Part shown: one piece after another, positions 51,307 through 63,537 of the stretch
Layout of the letters: the number at the start of each line of letters is the position of its first letter
Numbering within the stretch: the stretch's first letter is position 1
Assembly: GCA_050575255.1 (NCBI GenBank)
Contig: JBNZDD010013714.1
Location: forward strand, 7,660,412-7,724,411
Length of the DNA: 64,000 bases
Direction of reading: 5' to 3'
From: Harriotta raleighana
Lineage: Eukaryota
Program-made: the position numbers and the translations under genes
The notes under the pieces: model-generated
Databases searched by the model: none
The model's input: the letters and a program-made list of their open reading frames with translations, nothing else
What the model was told of the DNA's origin: nothing

Positions 51307-52959
51307 TGCAGATGCTTCTGAGTACTGGTAAAGAGCAAACTTCATTTGTTGTTTTTTCTGTCAATGAAAGCTTTGAACTATGATACAGTATTTCAATCTT
51401 TTTATCTTTACTGTAAAAGGATGACGGCAGCTTTATTACCCACTGAACGTTTATTTTTTGTGCTTTTGAGTAATTGAAGTTTGTTTTTTAAAGTCTCAAT
51501 TTGGAAGTTAGGAATGTTAATTACCATAAACATTTTTCTTTAGTGTGTTGCTGTGTAAGATATATTGGGTTTGTCAGGTTTTATTTCAAAAGCTAATATA
51601 TTTGCCTGTATGGCTCTAGTAAACAAATATACCAAATTTAGAATTTACGGATTAATTGCTATGGCATTTTAGAAATAATTGTTAGAAATAATTGGAGTGT
51701 AGGGTTAAAATAAGGTCTTATTCAATCATTTTGGTCCTTTGATACCAAAGCCGTACATATGCTATTTTGAGGTCTTTGTGTTGTTTAACGAGAGTCTGTA
51801 ATAAGACAGTGAAGTCCTCACAAGGCTGATTATTATTGGTTTAGTTAATTCTAAGTATTAAACAATAATTGGTCAGGATTTGACCATTTTTATGACAAAT
51901 AAAACAGAAATAGAATTTGCCACAGCACTGAAGGTGCTATTTATCTGACTCTGTCTTTGAACTGAGTGTTGCCCAACAAATTTATCTTGTTTATTAACAG
52001 AAGCGTAGTGAAAAAAAAATAGTTCACAACTGTGTTAGAATAATACATTAATGGAAAAATTAATTTAGAGTGTGAAATGACTTTATAGCTTGTCAAACTT
52101 CACTGCTACAGTGGTTTGCTGTATAAATTACTATGGATTTGTTATTGAATACCCAAGATTTACATAATGCTGAAGATCATAAGAAGCGTGTCCTTTAACA
52201 AATGTACTTTACAAATTCCAGTACTAACAAAAAAACTAACAAAATAATACTGCAAAGGAACAAAGTAATAATATAAGACCAATCTGTTACAAATCATATG
52301 AAGATTGGGTTCAATTTGTGATGATAATTAAAATAAATAAGTTTCAAATTTACATTCCAACAACAACAATCACTTTACATTTTTATAACACCTTTCATTT
52401 CAGGAGGATGTCTAAAAGCTCCAACCAATATAAGAATTGAGGTAATAGCGGACTATACATACTCCCTGTATAAAAACTATTCTCTTCCAAAATATTTCCA
52501 ATTTTATGGCTCCAATCAATGAGCAAAACCATTGTTTATATTTGCATGAAGTACATTTGATTTTGCATCAAGCTTCTTGTTAAATACATTGATGCTTTTT
52601 GCTTCAACTGTAGTTTCTGGCACTGAGATATGTTCATGTCCTCCTTGTTTTGGACTCACCATCAAGTGGAAACAGGTTATCAACTTACTCCTTATCGAAC
52701 TCTTTCATAATATTAAGAACCTCTATTGGGGGCCTTCTCAATTGTCTGAACCCTATTGAGTTTTACTGATATTCACGATGATGAAATCCAAACATTATTC
52801 AGTGCTGCGATTCATGAACTTAATCAGTCCTGTTAATGTTGTCTCATGGATGATGAGGCATCACTTTACTCCGTTCAATAGTTATTGGTTCAGGAACTTT
52901 ACAATAAATTATAAAAGGGAAAAAATTGTGGGATTAACATTTTTTATTATTAGCCTCAC

Positions 52960-53215
52960 ATATAATATATATAATAATATTCCTTGCATTTGATATAGCG
53001 CTTTTCAGGTCTTCTAGGTATCTCAAAACACTTCACAGAATATACAGTACTGTAAAGTGAGTTGACTTTATAGTTGTGGGCGATACACGGCAGCCAATTG
53101 TGTCCAGCAAACAATCATGGATTGACTTAATCAATTTTATTTATTCTTTTTCTTGAGGGATTTTTATCAGGCGTGTGGAGTAAGGAATCTTGCCCAAGGT
53201 TTTGCCCTGCTTGGA
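52960..53215 (-). mobile_element. SINE2-1_CM-like
   Basis: CCTTGCATTTGATATAGCGCTTTTCA...GGCAGCCAATTG...GGAGTAAGGAATCTTGCCCAAGGTTTTGCCCTGCTTGGAA. Confidence 0.88.
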
Positions 53216-54204
53216 ATGAAAACCGCATCTCACAAAAACATCACATACATGAGGAATTGGATTTAAATCATTGAGCCCCTCATTTCTTGTATTAGTAACT
53301 CGGCCTTGGACAAAAGCAACAAAAATTAACTCATAAACCAATTTCTCATCAATCCTAACATACAAACAGTAAATGGAAAGAACCAAAGATGGAAGAACCA
53401 AGGGATGCCAATTTTAACCTAGTAATGAATAATGGATGCACTGGTTATCATAGTTCAACAGATTTTGTAAGTTGAATTCTACATGTAGTACTTGTAGATA
53501 TTTACAATTATGTTAAATAAACATACATATTCTTCAGTTAACAACAGCAACTTGCATTTATAAAGTGCATTTCATTCATTTAGCCCTTTGTCTTGTACAA
53601 TATAATACCCAGAAGATGATGTCAAATCATTTGCTCATTCTGATTCTCCACAATCCTTTAATGACATTTTGGTAGTTGTGCACATGCACAATTCATTTAC
53701 CATTAAGAATCATTTTAATAATACCCTGTTTAGTTCTACTGCAATTTCTAAGTATGCAGACATTAACAGGCCCCCTATAAAACTTATCAAATTAATGGTC
53801 GCTTAATGGAATACATTAAATCTGACCCTTTGACTCAATTCTCCTTGTCAGTGGTTGTTCAAGTTCTACATTTCCTTGTGCACCATTAATATTTTGGCTG
53901 GAAATGTCTTCAGTCTATCAGCTGAAAGGAAAAAGATCAGTATACCTTTAATGATATCTTTATATTTGCAGCTATCATGTATGAGGAAAAGGATGTTTTT
54001 AATCAGTTTCTTTCAGCTCAAGGGCAAAATAAATACTTAGACATCAAATTATAATGTTCGCCGCTTTTGCGATGAGTATGTTTCCTACAAACATTTTTTA
54101 AACTATTGTACAAAATGCATTTTTGGACTTTCCTTTGTTGGCTAACATTTAAAGAATGACATTTCATCTGTTAAGTACTGATGGTAGTACAGTATTTAAC
54201 AGAT

Positions 54205-54268
54205 GTAGGTAGGTGTTTAGCAAGGTAGGTAGGTATGAAGGAAGGTATGAAGGAAGGTATAAAGGTAG
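54205..54268. repeat. (GTAG)n / (GAAGGTATGAAG)n simple repeat
   Basis: Seen directly. Confidence 0.7.
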
Positions 54269-54484
54269 ATACATAACTATATTTATCAACAATGCAACAG
54301 CAACAATGTTTATGTCTTAACCAAGCACCAGTACAAGTGTCAGATTTGTTCTCGTGCTGGAGGTAAATATTTTTCCCCCAAGCAGTAGCAATGCCATGCT
54401 ATCTGATTCTGCAACATGTGTGTTTATTGCTCATTATACCTATTCCCATACATGATATACTTCAGCCACTACACCCCAAGGCTC

Positions 54485-54669
54485 AGGAACTCCCTTCCTC
54501 ACTCTCTTCTTCCTACCTTCAGGTCTCGGCTAAAGAGTTTTCTTTTCGACCACCCTCTCTGTCACCTTCTTCCCCCTCCCCCTGGCTTGGCCCCAGGATT
54601 TGTTATTGGGAAGCGCTCTGAGATGTCGTCTGGCATGGAGGGCGCTATATAAATCCAAGTTGTTGTTGT
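54485..54669 (+). mobile_element. L2 LINE 3' end, second subfamily
   Basis: RNSLP..PTFRSRLKSFLFD residues and tail GGCATGGAGGGCGCTATATAAATCCAAGTTGTTGTTG. Confidence 0.85.
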
Positions 54670-56145
54670 ACATATCCTAAACTTGGTTGCTCTAGGTTTG
54701 GTTAAGTCCATCCTGAACAACCCTGTCCAAATGCAACACACCACTAAGGTTCTTTTATACTAAATAGGAAGGACCTCTAAATCTCCTTGGATTTGACGAC
54801 CAAGTACATTTATCACACATACAACTGCTCCGGAATCTGAACCCGGACATAGAAGTTACTTGACGTACAACTGAAATCAAAGCAAACAATGGAAATATCT
54901 TCATTTACTGCCTGTTGTCTCCAGTGGGAATTCTCTCCCCTTTGGCTAAATGGACATCATAATGAAAAGATCAATAGAAATAAAGTCTCATGAGCTTCCA
55001 TTTAATTTCAATAAAAGCAGAATAGAATAAGCCATGCCTTCTTCAATCATACATTCTACTAATATTAATACTAATACTGTTACTAATTGTATTGTCTCTT
55101 TCTTTGCTTTCATTTAGTTTTTAGCCTCAGGTATTTCAAACACAATCTGCATACATTTTTAAGTGCAGATGTAGTACTCTACTGCTGCTTTGTAATTATA
55201 TTGGTTGGGGGTTACAATCAATAACATTAACATAGTAAAGGTGTGAAAAATCATTTTAATTTCATTGGGATTTACTGGTGTGCTTGCACCAATTCAACTG
55301 TTATGACGGCACTGGAGGGAAAATATGCCTTAATTCTATCCAATAACTTTAATTCTAAAATAATAATAAGAACAGGAATGGGAATGCATTCTTCTTTTAT
55401 TAAATGCTATAACATTAATTTGTTTTTAGCAGATTAGCAAGCTTTGCGTAAGGGGAATCTTTCAGTTTAGAAACTTTACAAAGCATTAGGCTGAAAATTC
55501 CATCTCATCTTAGCCCGTAAGACCTTTCCATATTAAAAGGTAAGAATTTAACAATATTTAAATTCTGGAAGAAATGCATTTGCGCTTTCCTTAAAATAAA
55601 TAGTTTTCAAAATGAACGCAGAAATTGTACGCATTCTGCACAATCTTAAATGTGTAAGACAAAATGGTCTGAGAGACTAAAACTAGGTGGAATTCTGGAC
55701 CCACAGTGGCTTTTGAAAATGAATTGTCCTGTATCTGGAATGAAATGTTCAAATATTTGAATTTGAGTTTATTGTGCAATGGATGTTGCTAGGAGTCTTA
55801 GAATTCAAAAATTAAAGTGATAACAAAGCACCCAGCTGGGTCAGGAATGAGTTCCTCAGATTCCAATAATACACTAAACAACATGGGCAGTATATGCATT
55901 TACACCAGGGCAATCAGTTCACCCAGAGCTATCAGAAATTCAATATGTGTGTGATGACAATGTCTCTGAATATATATATTTTTTACTTCAATCCAGACCT
56001 GGATGAGATGGATTCAGAATGGAGAGTATCACTCCAGGCTACCTGCTGACTGTGCAATGCTGAAGACAGCCACCAGATCAGTGCCTGAAGCAATAACTGG
56101 TATCATTATGAACCTTCCACAATAATGACGATGTTGCTATATTTC

Positions 56146-56246
56146 TATTTTGAGTAATTTGACCTCTGTTTTCTTTCTCCTCCCACTACATTAGGCGAAG
56201 GAGACAGAAAATGGAGGTAAAATTACTCAAAGTAACCTCTTAATTA
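56146..56246. repeat. Long inverted repeat / ancient palindromic element (Eulor-like architecture)
   Basis: 33-bp arms at 56149-56181 and 56199-56231 with 4 differences, plus terminal CTCTTAATTA. Confidence 0.75.
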
Positions 56247-56774
56247 AAGTTTAATTCCTGCCAGCATGTGAACAATTACCAGACTCTATTCCCCAGCTCG
56301 CCGAAGAGATCGCGGGGCTTTTATTACATGTAATAATTCTGATGCTGGATCAACTTCATTTTGATGCATAACCCATTCAACGGCATAATATACATTCCGA
56401 GCAACAAGTCCCCCTGATTTGCAGCCAAGGCATTGGCTTATTACTGATGCTCAAGCACACTGGAGACTGTTAAACTAGCGTTTGCTTGAATATAGTACAG
56501 TACATCTTTATAATTTTTCAACATGTGTTTTCCTACTCAAAGTATTGCTCATCAATTAAAAATATGGACTGACAGGAGCTGCACAGAAACTGATTATAAA
56601 TAAAACCAAAGCAGATATGCCAATGGAAGCTTCATGATACCATGACAAATTATAGTAGCCAAGAACTCCATCTGCACTCTGCCTCTGTTTCGCAAGCAAA
56701 GCTGCAACTTCTACTCAGACCTCCAGTAGATTGTTTGATAGCCATACATAGTGTGGTAAAATAATTGTTTGAAA

Positions 56775-57025
56775 ATAATCATTACGCTTGCATCAGATAT
56801 CATGTCTTTCGCGTCAGGAGGTCCCTCCAAAGGATTTACTGCAAAGTTCAGCGACTGTTTATCTTGTAGGCCAATGCAGCAGCCAATTTGCACACAGCAA
56901 TATCCCTCAAAGAGCCATGGTGTGAATGATCAAATTGATTTGAAGGATTGTTGCCAGGACTCAAAGTGGGGAAATGTCCCTTCTCCATTTTAAATAGGAC
57001 CATGGGATCTTTAATGTCCATTCGA
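56775..57025 (-). mobile_element. DeuSINE
   Basis: GCAGCAGCCAATTTGCACACAGCAA...GTTGCCAGGAC...CCATGGGATCTTTAATGTCCA. Confidence 0.8.
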
Positions 57026-57910
57026 AAAAGGAGATGGATTTAATACTCACGCAACAAGCAACAAGCCTATTTCAAAAACTGGCTAAAAAAGAGTTACTGA
57101 CGGATAAATCTGATGGTCAAAGTCCTGTTGGTTTGAGCTACCTGTGCTGTGGTTAGATATTGTGAATGTGGTTGCTGTTTGAAAAAATCATAAATATTCA
57201 GTATTCTTTCAGCAAGAAATTTGCATTGATTTTTTCCACTTGCACACTTAATTCTTTGAGTGCTGTTCACCCAGGAAAAAAAGGGGGAGGGTGGATGTGG
57301 GGGAAAGGCCTTCAGCAATTGTACAGCAGTCTCCAGTATTACATCATATTCTGCGACACATGAACAGCACAGTCAGATGGAATATGTTGTTTTCTTTTTC
57401 CCCATCCCAACATAACATGAAATGCTTCAACTGGCAGCTTGGCCATGAACTGATGGAATTTATTATAGTTGAGCTTGAGAGACTCCAGTGTTTGCTGCAC
57501 CCTATGTTCTTCTCTTGTTTATTCAATTTCCCAATCCCGAGAATTGCAGCACAATTCACTTCCTCCACATATACTTTAACAGATAGATATTTCTTACTCA
57601 GTATTTTACTTTGTATGGGAGGACTGGCAATGGTTCAATTATTTTAGCATGCTTTTCTTTGCGAAATAATGCTTAGAAAACTAAATTGGAATTGGGTGAA
57701 AATTCTAAGCAGATCAATATCTGCAATGCAATGCAACCAAATTCCAAAAGGTTTGGAATTTGAATAAATTTGGATGAGTTTGGCAATTGGGTTTGCAGTC
57801 GGTAAATTCGGTAAAGATGACCCAAATGGAAACTCCTTTTTGAGGGAGCAAGGAACCAACACACAAAGGATAACTTCAATGAAAGATTTTAATACAAGTT
57901 GCTAATAATG

Positions 57911-57955
57911 TCATAGAAATTACAGCACCAATGGAAACCATTTGACCCCATCATC
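57911..57955 (-). mobile_element. CR1 3' tail remnant
   Basis: TCATAGAAATTACAGCAC..GGAAACCATTTGACCCCATC. Confidence 0.5.
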
Positions 57956-58319
57956 AAGCCCATTTCCTAGCAATTTGAATGTAATTCTGATGAGTGAGTG
58001 AAGTGATTGAAACATTCTTCCCTATGAGTTCATCATAAGATAATCCTATTGCATCTTCACTGTTTTCAAGATGACTTCCCAATTCCATGAGTGCATCACG
58101 GATGAATCATTTTATTTTGTGTTCAAATCATGAACGTAAAAATCTTGAACTAGATTACGGAAAAAATAGAATTGGAAAGAAATCAATAAGACTCTTGCTG
58201 TGTTTCATATGAAGCACATTTTCAAGTTATTAAAGTTATTTTTAAAAATGGTAATGAAAAATACATGGTCAAATTTCACACAAAAATGGATTACAAATTA
58301 CTAAAATTGGGAAAAAAAG

Positions 58320-59054
58320 GAAACAAGTCATCCAGGACCAGATGGGTTTCACCCAAGGTTGCTGTGGGAGATACGGGTTCAAATAGCGGAGGCTTTGGCC
58401 ATTATATTTCAATCTTCATTGGACACAGGAGTGGTGCCNTGGGGCAGAAAGACGAACCCGGATATTACAGGCCAGTCAGCCTTACTTCGGTAATTGGAAA
58501 ACTACTGGAGACCGTAATCCAGGACAGAATAAATCTCTATTTAGAGGAACACGAGATCATTAGAGACAGCCAACATGGATTTGTTAAAAGCAAATCTTGC
58601 CTAACAAATCTAATAGAATTTTTTGAAGCGGTGACTGCGAGGGTTGATGAGGGAAATGCGGTGGATGTTATTTACATAGATTTCAAAAAGGCTTTTGACA
58701 CAGTGCCGCATAAGAGATTAATAAAAAAATTAGAAGCCCACGGTATCAAGGGGACAGTGGCAGTTTGGATTAAGAACTGGCTGAGTGACAGAAAGCAGAG
58801 GGTAGTGGTTAATGGGTGATTCTCGAAATGGAAGGAGGTGTGCAGCGGTGTCCCCCTGAAAGGGTAGTGAGGTCCGATTCGATAGCAGCTTTTAAGAGAG
58901 AACTGGATAGGTATCTGGGGAACATGGGTTTGCAGGATTATGGAGAGAAAGCTGGTGATTGGGGTTAATAAAAGTGACATTGCTCTGTCAAAGAGCCAGT
59001 ACAGACTTGATGGGCCGAATGGCCTCCTTCTGTGCAGTAATCTTCTATGATTCT
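58320..59054 (+). mobile_element. CR1 LINE fragment (RT N-terminal domains joined to the 3' end; internally deleted)
   Basis: PGPDGFHPRLL..IAEALAIIFQSSLDTGVVP, then YRPVSLTSVIGKLLE...SQHGFVKSKSCLTNLIEFFE...DFKKAFDTVPHKRL...SGVP, then directly PERVV..FKRELDRYL and the TTCTATGATTCTA tail. Premature TGA at 58817-58819. Confidence 0.97.
58439..58439. other. Single N, probable assembly join
   Basis: N lies exactly where the CR1 segment between GVVP and KG..D.P is missing. Confidence 0.7.
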
Positions 59055-59599
59055 AATAAAAAAAGGAAAGGACCACCAAATTAGCCACCTTCATTTCAAT
59101 TATACTTTACATATCCCTTAGCTGGGAACCATGTGGAGCATGCATACAATCTTAATGTGGGTATGATTGACAGTCAACTAAAAAAAAATTGTTTATAGAA
59201 TGTGAGGGAACTATTCTTAAGCAGTAAACCTTCCCAAAAAAATGTTTAAATCACAAATTAGGGCTTTTAGATTTTCTATTTCATTATCTCAACAAAAGGC
59301 AGCCATCTTGAGTGAAATGTAATTAAACGTCACACAGTACTATTTTGCCATTCATCCAAGTTTCCCTTATTAACTTATTAGACCTATCATTCAAGCTAAT
59401 TCATGCAATGAACGAGCCTTGTGCAAAAAGATTGAAGGAACCAGCTGCTTAAGGAATGGGAGTTTGTGATGTAAATTTGTGCCTAAATTCTCTTGCATTC
59501 TCCGACCAAATACAGTCATTTACACTTCACATATCTTCCTTGATGTGAAAGGCATTATATCAAATGTAAAGATTATTGTTATTACAGTATTAGGTAAAG

Positions 59600-59737
59600 T
59601 AGGCATATGGCTCTGGGGAAAGAGTGTGCATTTCATAACAGACAAATGTAACCCATACATATGTGGAGCTTTTGGTTTGCTTTGGAGACTTAAGTATGGG
59701 GATAGGTTTCTGCATGTATCAGGCTGACAACACAAAA
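59600..59737. mobile_element. Unclassified old interspersed repeat, copy 3 of 3 (opposite orientation)
   Basis: Reverse complement GTCAGCCTGATACATGCAGAAACCTATCCCCATACTTAA...ATGCACACTCTTTCCCCAGAG resembles 420-555. Confidence 0.55.
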
Positions 59738-60863
59738 GAATGGTTGGCTATTGTGCAGATATACTCTTGATATACGAGTAAAGACTAAAGACTGGATAGA
59801 GAGCCTTCATTTCAGTTTGGAATGATGCAGAGTGAAAACCCCTTGACAATCATTATAAAAGTGCACAAGCTGATCTTTATATTTCACCGTTCTTCTTATC
59901 AACTTCTCGTGGTTTTACAGCATAAAGTCTTGCTTTGCTGCTGCCAAATCTAACATAAAATGAACAATTTATTCATTAAATAAAAATTGTACGTGGATCT
60001 GTAGTTTTATTTTTTCAACTGTTTAATGTGTAGCAACTCTTGCAAGCACTGATTATAAGAAAAGATTGTGTTGAGGCAAGTGGAACTACTCAAAACTGTT
60101 CAATAGAAATGCTTTGTTTTCTTGTGTCTTTGGTTGGGATTACAGCATGTTCGGGAGAGAGGGTTAATAATTGGGTTGCTTTGTTTCTCAATTGAATGAG
60201 TTTCAACAGATACAAGCATTGTAACATGGTAATCTATCTTCTTACACATCATTACACTGTGCTGGTATCTGTCAGTTTTAAGTATTGAAAATATTATCAA
60301 AACAGTCATTTTCTAATAGCATGTTAGCAAGCAACATCCTTCTTATATAGATAATTGCAGCTTTGTTTAAAACCAGTCCAGAACAGATGACTAATCTTCA
60401 AATAGTTGCAGGTTATATACTAAGTATGTGTCTCCGTAAATTACTACTTATTCACATGATTTGGACAAACAGTACTGTCCTATCCAAGTATTTCCACTAT
60501 GTGAATTCTATTAAGATATTTTTTGAGCAATATTTATGATTTTTGCAATTGGTCTTTTGTTGGCATCTGTATTATGAGAATTCTATTTTTCTGGTCTATT
60601 TTGGAACCATACATTCAAAGTACAAAACATTTACGAAAGTGTTACTTGGGAAAAAACAAACTATTTGATGACCCCAAAAAGGGATTCCTATGAGAAACAC
60701 AACAGCAAAAATCCACATTTATATGGTGCCTGTCTTGTTGGGAGAATGTCTTAAAGCATTTGACACAGCTGAATCTGACTTCAGTGGAAGAGAAGCAAGT
60801 GTCCAAAATCATGGTCAGAAAGCTGATGGTTTCCAAAGAGGTGGTGAAAAGAAAGTGCAGGAA

Positions 60864-61032
60864 ATAATAATAATATATTTTACAATATTTTTTGCAGTTG
60901 ATAAAGCGCTTTTCACGTCTTCTAGATGTCTCAAAGCACTTCACAGAATATACTGTAAAGTGAATTCTTGTACATTTATGGATGAAACATGGCAGCCAAT
61001 TGCACAGCAATGTCCCACAAACAGTCATAATA
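60864..61032 (-). mobile_element. SINE2-1_CM-like core and tail
   Basis: GCGCTTTTCACGTCTTCTAGATGTCTCAAAGCACTTCACAGAATATAC...GGCAGCCAATTGCACAGCAATGTCCCACAAACAGTCAT. Confidence 0.9.
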
Positions 61033-61476
61033 GAATTCAAGAGAAAAGGAGCAACATGGTTGAAGATTCACTCACTGAATACATTGAGAAATGAGAATAA
61101 AGATGCAGAACATTTGGTCAAATTACTATTTATATGAAATCTTGCTCTAAGTCAACCTTTCTGTCTGCTACTTTGACCTAATCTGGTATTATCTTTGAAA
61201 GATCACAATAATGAATAAATTAATTGCTAAGGTTGAGTTCAGCACGAGGTTGGAAAAATGAACTGAATGATAATCATTGCATTTGATGTTGTGTTTTATC
61301 AGATGGTCAAAATATATCAAAGCACTTCACTGGACTTTCCATCTCGCATCATAACTTGTCTTGCAAACAGTCTTTTTATGTTATGTACTATTTCCTGGAT
61401 TCGTATAGTTTCCCTTCACTGTTTCAGTGTTGCCACCCATCAGAATGGTAAATGCCCATATTTTTTACATTTTTCT

Positions 61477-61672
61477 AACAATAATAATAATCCTTGCATT
61501 TGTTGAAGCGTCTTAGTTGAGAGTCTAAACGCACTTTACAGTATATATTGTATTGATATAATGGATTGTGGATTGGTTGTGCATCCGGCGTGGAGGGCAC
61601 TATATAAATCCAAGTTGTTATTGTTAATTGCATTTTGTGGGAGAGAGCAGTAGCCAATTGCGCACAGCAATT
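61477..61672 (-). mobile_element. SINE with a nested opposite-strand L2 tail (about 61580-61625)
   Basis: SINE tail ATAATCCTTGCATTTG and core GCCAATTGCGCACAGCAA are separated by GGCGTGGAGGGCACTATATAAATCCAAGTTGTTATTG. Confidence 0.75.
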
Positions 61673-62679
61673 GTTTCAGTGTTGCTGAACAGCTTGGCTA
61701 TACACCTTTGTGTCAAGATTGTTGATCATTTGCATTTTATGAAACACATGTAAAAAAATCTGGTGGTTTTGTTTACTGTCGTACCATTTTGTCTTTAGTA
61801 GGAAATACAACATAAATTAAATAAGTGAACACAATTATGGACACAATATTAAACCAAACTTGAAAACTATTGCTTTATTCACAAACAATTAGGTTAAGAA
61901 CTTTGCCTAGTTGAAGGAGAAGTATATAACTCGGAATGAGGATCAGTCTGATAAATACAGTAAAAGATCATATTGTTCCTGCTTCAACAGCTCATAAAAG
62001 AGGTGGACAATCCCCTGACTTTCCGAATTACAGATCTAATTTTACCCATGATATGTGGAGCCTAACCTTTATTCAAAGGCTGATGACTATGACATCTAAA
62101 GATGAGTAATTCACCTTTGCTTAACTTAAAGGAATTGCATGAAATAAAACTGACTATTTTGCTGGCATACATTTATACAGCTCATCATATCTTCTAGGAC
62201 AAATACCACTAGCTATGCACAATGATGAGCTTACGATCCTGATGCGAAATTGAAAATGTCATGTTTTGAAGTTACATTCTAACTTCCCATTATTCTTGCA
62301 AAATTAATCTGGATAATATGAAGAAAAGCAGCACTGAAGAAAGGTTACGTTTCAGCCTTTGGACCTGCTTGGCTGAATTAGTCTTAAAAATACTCTCCGA
62401 TTATCTTTTCGATTCTATTCTCTCGTTCACAGGAGATTGGTATTTTTCCCTCACAAAAAACCCTTATTGTTCTTGCAATTGCCCCACGCTTTGAAAGGTA
62501 ATCAAGAATACTAGTGAATACCAAAAATAATCAAGAATACTATTGAATACCAATAGTATTAAAGATGGACCCCAAAATAATACAGATTTATGTTGAAATT
62601 TACTCACATTCTCAACTATTGTCAATATATTCTAAATACATGAAATATCACTCAAACCTTGAACATGGCTCCAGTAGAA

Positions 62680-63147
62680 CAATTTTTGGGAAAGTGATCT
62701 GAGTGGATTCCACAGCATGATACTCAGTCATTTTTAGTTTATTTATTGGTGAGATATATATATATATATATACGACAATTTTTCCCAGTTTCTTTTGAGC
62801 AAACACCTGTTATTTATCAGGGACAGCTTCAGAGATAAAGTCTGACTTTCACAGATTTGTGACAATCTGGACACTGACAGAAGAAATAAATTATTGGAAG
62901 TTGTAATGTTCATTAANCATTTTTTGGAAAGTGATCTGAGTGGATTCCACAGCATGATACTCAGTCATTTTTAATTTATTTATTGGTGATATATATATAT
63001 ATACGACAATTTTTCCCAGTTTCTTTTGAGCAAACACCTGTTATTTATCAGGGACAGCTTCAGAGATAAAGTCTGACTTTCACAGATTTGTGACAATCTG
63101 GACACTGACAGAAGAAATAAATTATTGGAAGTTGTAATGTTCATTAA
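62680..63147. repeat. ~235-bp near-identical tandem duplication split by N at 62917 (probable assembly artefact)
   Basis: 62680-62916 and 62918-63147 differ only by a few substitutions and (TA)n length. Confidence 0.9.
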
Positions 63148-63382
63148 TATTGCAAAGCAACTGGTATTTGTTTTTGCATTTTATTACAAACCATGTGGTT
63201 GTCTTCTTCATGTGTGTGCCTAATGAATTATTATGTATTAAGATAAATCTAGGGTTTTCCAGAATATATTTCATGAACCTTAAAGCAATTATCGCTTTGT
63301 GATCTAATGTTGCCTTCTTAATGTACAGCTGTATTGGGATTAACACAACGCCTCCTAGGTTTAGGCTATCTCCAGGAATAAT

Positions 63383-63537
63383 AACAAACAGCCATGGATT
63401 GAGTGACCAATGTTATTTTGGGTGATTGTTGGTAAGGCAGAAACACCCTTCTCTTTTCGAGTAGTGCCATGGGAACTTAACATCCACTTGAACAGGCAGA
63501 TGGGAGCTCAGTTTATCGTCTCATCTGAAGGATGGCA
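63383..63537 (-). mobile_element. DeuSINE Deu-domain fragment
   Basis: CTCTTTTCGAGTAGTGCCATGGGAACTTAACATCCACTTGAACAGGCAGA..CTCAGTTTATCGTCTCATCTGAAGGATGGCA. Confidence 0.8.

Noticed and set aside
58265-58819. 184-aa ORF, the longest in the window
   Set aside because: It is a CR1 reverse-transcriptase fragment with a spurious N-terminus, an N and a premature stop, not a host gene.
62499-62553. 29-bp tandem duplication, and other short doublets at 26759, 20013 and 51669
   Set aside because: Two-copy slippage duplications with no unique spacers; not a CRISPR-like array.
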